Source of the DNA: Macrostomum hystrix
Taxonomy: Eukaryota > Animalia > Platyhelminthes
Reading direction: 5' to 3'
Length of the DNA stretch: 64,000 nucleotides
NCBI GenBank assembly: GCA_950097015.1
Contig: CATNEN010000014.1
Coordinates: 1,984,001-2,048,000, forward strand
The notes below the pieces were generated by a model. The model was not told the DNA's origin, searched no databases, and saw only the letters and a program-made list of their open reading frames with translations. The translations under genes were made by a program, and so were the position numbers. Below, piece after piece: positions 59,988 through 64,000 of the stretch; position 1 is the stretch's first letter, and every line of letters starts with the position of its first letter.

Positions 59988-60752
59988 AGGTAACCCTCCA
60001 TAGTCAAACAGGCGACCCTTCATATTCAAACAGGCGACCCTCCATATTCAAACAGGTGACCCTCCATAGTCAAACAGGTGACCCTCATATTCAAACAGGT
60101 GACCCTCATATTCAAACAGGTGTCCCTCCATAGTCAAACAGGTGACCCTCATAGTCAAACAGGTGTCCCTCCATAGTCAAACAGGTGTCCCTCCATAGTC
60201 AAACAGGTGTCCCTCCATAGTCAAACAGGTGTCCCTCCATAGTCAAACAGGTGACCCTCCATAGTCAAACAGGTGACCCTCCATATTCAAACAGGTGACC
60301 CTCCATAGTCAAACAGGTGTCCCTCCATATTCAGACAGGTGACCCACCATAGTCAAACAGGTGACCCTCCATAGTCAAACAGGTGACCCTCCATAGTCAA
60401 ACAGGTGACCCTCCATAGTCAAACAGGTGACCCTCCATAGTCAAACAGGTGACCCTCCATAGTCAAACAGGTGACCCTCCATAGTCAAACAGGTGACCCT
60501 CCATAGTCAAACAGGTGACCCTCCATAGTCAAACAGGTGACCCTCCATAGTCAAACAGGTGACCCTCCATAGTCAAACAGGTGACCCTCCATAGTCAAAC
60601 AGGTGACCCTCCATAGTCAAACAGGTGACCCTCCATAGTCAAACAGGTGACCCTCCATAGTCAAACAGGTGACCCTCCATAGTCAAACAGGTGACCCTCC
60701 ATAGTCAAACAGGTGTCCCTCCATAGTCAAACAGGTGACCCTCCATAGTCAA
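59988..60752. repeat. 22-bp minisatellite (TCAAACAGGTGACCCTCCATAG), ~35 copies
   Basis: Read directly. Confidence 0.95.
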
Positions 60753-60977
60753 ATAGGTAAAGCTCCATGATGAAGCCGGTAAACCCCAATTATAAAAAGT
60801 GTGACCCTCCATGTCTCATGTAACCAAAAGCCTGATTAAAAAGTTGTGAAAGCAGTTTGTGCACAGCTGCGGACCGCATGCGGGCTGGTGTAACTGCATG
60901 ACAGAAGCTATGCCAGTCATTGCACGCATCATGTGGTTAATGAGGCCAAGTTGGCGCATGCTCCAGCGACAAGCAAG

Positions 60978-62222
60978 TCACCGGTTGACAACAACGGACA
61001 AGAGTGGCTCGGAGTTGTCCGTGCAGGCGGACACCCGGTTCGGCGTCGGGGGCGGATTCTTATAAGCTGGCGAGCGCACGGCGACCACGCTGGAGGAGGC
61101 CGAGTCCCCGCCGCCACCACCCGACCGGTGCTGACGATGTCGATGATGTTGCTGATGCTGGTGCTGGTGATACGGTGAATCGTACGGCGGTGCGATCAAG
61201 GCGACAGGCGGGCGTCGGCTGGAACCGCTGGCTCCGCTGGTGCCAGCACTTGCCGCTGCGGCTGCGGCGCCTTTGGATCGGCTGCGCTGGCGCTTCCTAC
61301 GTCGGCGACCGCTGCGATGATGATGATGATGATGCTGCTGCTGGTTGTGCAGCAGCAGATGCTGCTGATTATCGCCGCCGCTGCTTCGACGCCTAGCGCG
61401 CGGGTAGAACGCGTCGATTTCGAGGCCGCTGCCGCTGCCGCGACAGTCCTCAAAGTCCTTTTGGAAGCGGGCTGCAGCAGCTGCGGCGCCTGGCAAGCTT
61501 GAGCAGTCGGTGCATGGACTGGGCGGCGGGTTCAGAGTTTCCACGTACTCACACAGCTGCTGCTGCTGCTGCTGACTGCCAAAAGAGGACATTGTCGAGC
61601 CGGTTGCGGCAGCGGCAGCAGCCCGAGCTGCAGCAGCGGCCGAAGTAGCTAGTGAGGAGATATCATCGTCAAGGTCATTGCGGCGCAGTCGATCATTGTC
61701 CTGCTCGTCATCGTCAATCCGATCATCCTCGACGTCAATGTCCGGATCTTCCAGGTCCAGTCGGTGAGCCGTAGAGGACGCTGAAGTCGGCGGCTGCGGC
61801 TGCTGGCGAGGTGGCAGAGGCCGTAGCTCGGCCATCTCTGGAAGGTGTAGGCGCAGGGCGGGCTTGTCCCTGGTACAGCAGTAGCCCAGCAGGGGCAGCA
61901 GCACAACCGCGCCAATCAGCAGGGGCACCAGCAGATAGATAAACACGCCGTGGCCGCTCATCACGTTGGCCAGGCCACCACCGCCGCCGCCGCCGCCGCC
62001 GTCGCCGCCCGAGGAATCAATCTCCAGCGTTGGCTTTGCTGGCAACAGAGGATGAGTTGTGGCTGCTGCTGCGGCTGCTGCGACGGCTTCAGCAGCGGCG
62101 GCTGAGATAACGCGGGCCTCAGAGCACAGTGCGGGTGTCCGGTCGGAGGCATCAGAGCACTTGGCTGAGCCGTCGCACCAGAAGCGGAGCGGCAGGCACT
62201 GCGGTCCGCCATTGGATTTCTC
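60978..62222 (-). CDS. LRP5/6 (arrow)-like receptor, terminal exon: LDLa repeat, transmembrane helix, PPP(S/T)P tail
   Basis: CLPLRFWCDGSAKCSDASD (LDLa), TM VFIYLLVPLLIGAVVLLPLLGYCC, and cytoplasmic LNPPPSPCTDCSS (61504-61535) and NPPPTP (61041-61058). The acceptor is tentatively CAG|GAG at 62222; upstream exons lie beyond the window. Confidence 0.7.
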   Translation of the reverse strand, partial: EKSNGGPQCLPLRFWCDGSAKCSDASDRTPALCSEARVISAAAAEAVAAAAAAATTHPLLPAKPTLEIDSSGGDGGGGGGGGGLANVMSGHGVFIYLLVPLLIGAVVLLPLLGYCCTRDKPALRLHLPEMAELRPLPPRQQPQPPTSASSTAHRLDLEDPDIDVEDDRIDDDEQDNDRLRRNDLDDDISSLATSAAAAARAAAAAATGSTMSSFGSQQQQQQLCEYVETLNPPPSPCTDCSSLPGAAAAAARFQKDFEDCRGSGSGLEIDAFYPRARRRSSGGDNQQHLLLHNQQQHHHHHHRSGRRRRKRQRSRSKGAAAAAASAGTSGASGSSRRPPVALIAPPYDSPYHQHQHQQHHRHRQHRSGGGGGDSASSSVVAVRSPAYKNPPPTPNRVSACTDNSEPLLSVVVNR

Positions 62223-62278
62223 CTGACCACATGATGGAGAGATGGGGTGCGCATAGAAAACGATTGCGATTCGAGATC

Positions 62279-64000
62279 TGGGAATATGAACAGTGGGATT
62301 TGGGGATCTGGGCATATGATCTGTAAGATTTAGGGATCTGGGCATATGATCTGTAAGATTTGAGAATCTGGGCATATGATCTGTAAGATTTAGGGATCTG
62401 GGCATATGATCTGTAAGATTTGAGAATCTGGGCATATGATGTGTAAGATTTGAGAATCTGGGAAAATAATCTGTAAGATTTGGGGATCTGGGAAAATGAT
62501 CTGTAATATTTAGGGATCTGGGAATATGATCTGTAAGATTTAGGGATCTGGGAAAATAATCTATAAGATTTAGGGATCTGGGAATATGATCTGTAAGATT
62601 TAGGGATCTGGGCATATGATCTGTAAGATTTAGGGATCTGGGAATATGATCTGTAAGATTTAGGGATCTGGGCATATGATCTATAAGATTTGGGGATCTG
62701 GGAAAATGATCTGTAATATTTAGGGATCTGGGAATATGATCTGTAAGATTTGGGGATCTGGGCATATGATCTGTAAGATTTGAGAATCTGGGCATATGAT
62801 GTGTAAGATTTGAGAATCTGGGAAAATAATCTGTAAGATTTGGGGATCTGGGAAAATGATCTGTAATATTTAGGGATCTGGGAATATGATCTGTAAGATT
62901 TGGGGATCTGGGAAAATGATCTGTAATATTTAGGGATCTGGGAAAATGATCTGTAATATTTAGGGATCTGGGCAAATGATCTATAATATTTAGGGATCTG
63001 GGCATATGATCTGTAAGATTTAGGGATCTGGGAAAATAATCTATAAGATTTAGGGATCTGGGAAAATGATCTGTAATATTTAGGGATCTGGGAAAATGAT
63101 CTGTAATATTTAGGGATCTGGGAAAATGATCTGTAAGATTTAGGGATCTGGGAAAATGATCTGTGGGGTTTGAGAATCTGGGCATATGATCTGTAAGATT
63201 TAGGGATCTGGGAAAATGATCTGTGGGGTTTGAGAATCTGGGAATATGATTTGTAAGATTTGAGAATCTGGGAAAATAATCTGTAAGATTTGGGGATCTG
63301 GGAAAATGATCTGTAATATTTAGGGATCTGGGAATATGATCTGTAAGATTTAGGGATCTGGGAAAATAATCTATAATATTTAGGGATCTGGGAAAATGAT
63401 CTGTAAGATTTAGGGATCTGGGAAAATGATCTGTAAGATTTAGGGATCTGGGAAAATGATCTGTGGGGTTTGAGAATCTGGGAAAATGATCTGTAATATT
63501 TAGGGATCTGGGAAAATGATCTGTAAGATTTAGGGATCTGGGAAAATGATCTGTGGGGTTTGAGAATCTGGGAATATGATTTGTAAGATTTGGGGATCTG
63601 GGAATATGATCTGTAAGATTTAGGGATCTGGGAAAATGATCTGTGGGGTTTGAGAATCTGGGAATATGATCTGTGGGGTTTGAGAATCTGGGAATATGAT
63701 CTGTAAGATTTAGGGATCTGGAAAAATGATCTGTGGGGTTTGAGAATCTGGGAATATGATTTGTAAGATTTGGGGATCTGGGAATATGATCTGTAAGATT
63801 TAGGGATCTGGGAAAATGATCTGTGGGGTTTGAGAATCTGGGAATATGATTTGTAAGATTTGGGGATCTGGGAATATGATCTGTAAGATTTAGGGATCTG
63901 GGAAAATGATCTGTGGGGTTTGAGAATCTGGGAATATGATTTGTAAGATTTGGGGATCTGGGCATATGATCTGTAAGATTTAGGGATCTGGGAAAATGAT
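62279..64000. repeat. 30-bp minisatellite (GGGAATATGATCTGTAAGATTTAGGGATCT), more than 55 copies, intronic
   Basis: Read directly; continues past the window end. Confidence 0.97.

Noticed and set aside
62279-63965. N-terminal ~570 aa of the 995-aa ORF as a repetitive protein domain
   Set aside because: It is a 30-bp minisatellite whose unit lacks a stop in that frame. The real receptor needs a signal peptide and ectodomain exons, so this is best read as intron sequence that happens to be in frame.

Overview
Eukaryotic (animal) genomic DNA rather than prokaryotic. It has spliceosomal introns, GC-rich coding exons, AT-rich intergenic DNA and very dense minisatellites; the overall style is most consistent with a free-living flatworm such as Macrostomum (inference, not verified). 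The first 12 kb is a nest of mobile DNA: a Ty3/Gypsy gag-pol with its 5' LTR, two different P-element/THAP transposons, a Crypton-type tyrosine recombinase, a hAT MITE and mini-MITEs. Several of these have clean TIRs and target-site duplications that can be read directly. Host genes reconstructed by hand from splice sites, all on the minus strand unless noted: BRMS1-like, BAF/BANF1, FABP-like, RASSF-like (RA+SARAH), three fibrinogen-related-domain genes (one intact, two disrupted, one on +), fascin, an alpha-kinase fused to two Cys-rich repeats, a C2H2 zinc-finger gene, an unidentified multi-exon gene, and the last exon of an LRP5/6-like receptor. RNA genes: tRNA-Asp(GTC) and U4 snRNA. Most long ORFs in the supplied track (442, 377, 276, 213, 199 aa and the first ~580 aa of the 995-aa ORF) are tandem-repeat artefacts. 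The most interesting leads are the putatively myristoylated alpha-kinase with an unusual Cys-rich tandem domain, a hidden knottin-like micro-ORF inside the mosaic fibrinogen-domain cluster, minisatellites that seem to have grown out of gene landmarks (the fascin stop codon, splice sites), and a recurrent CCATAGAC terminal motif tied to the transposons. No database searches were run; family names rest on recognised motifs.
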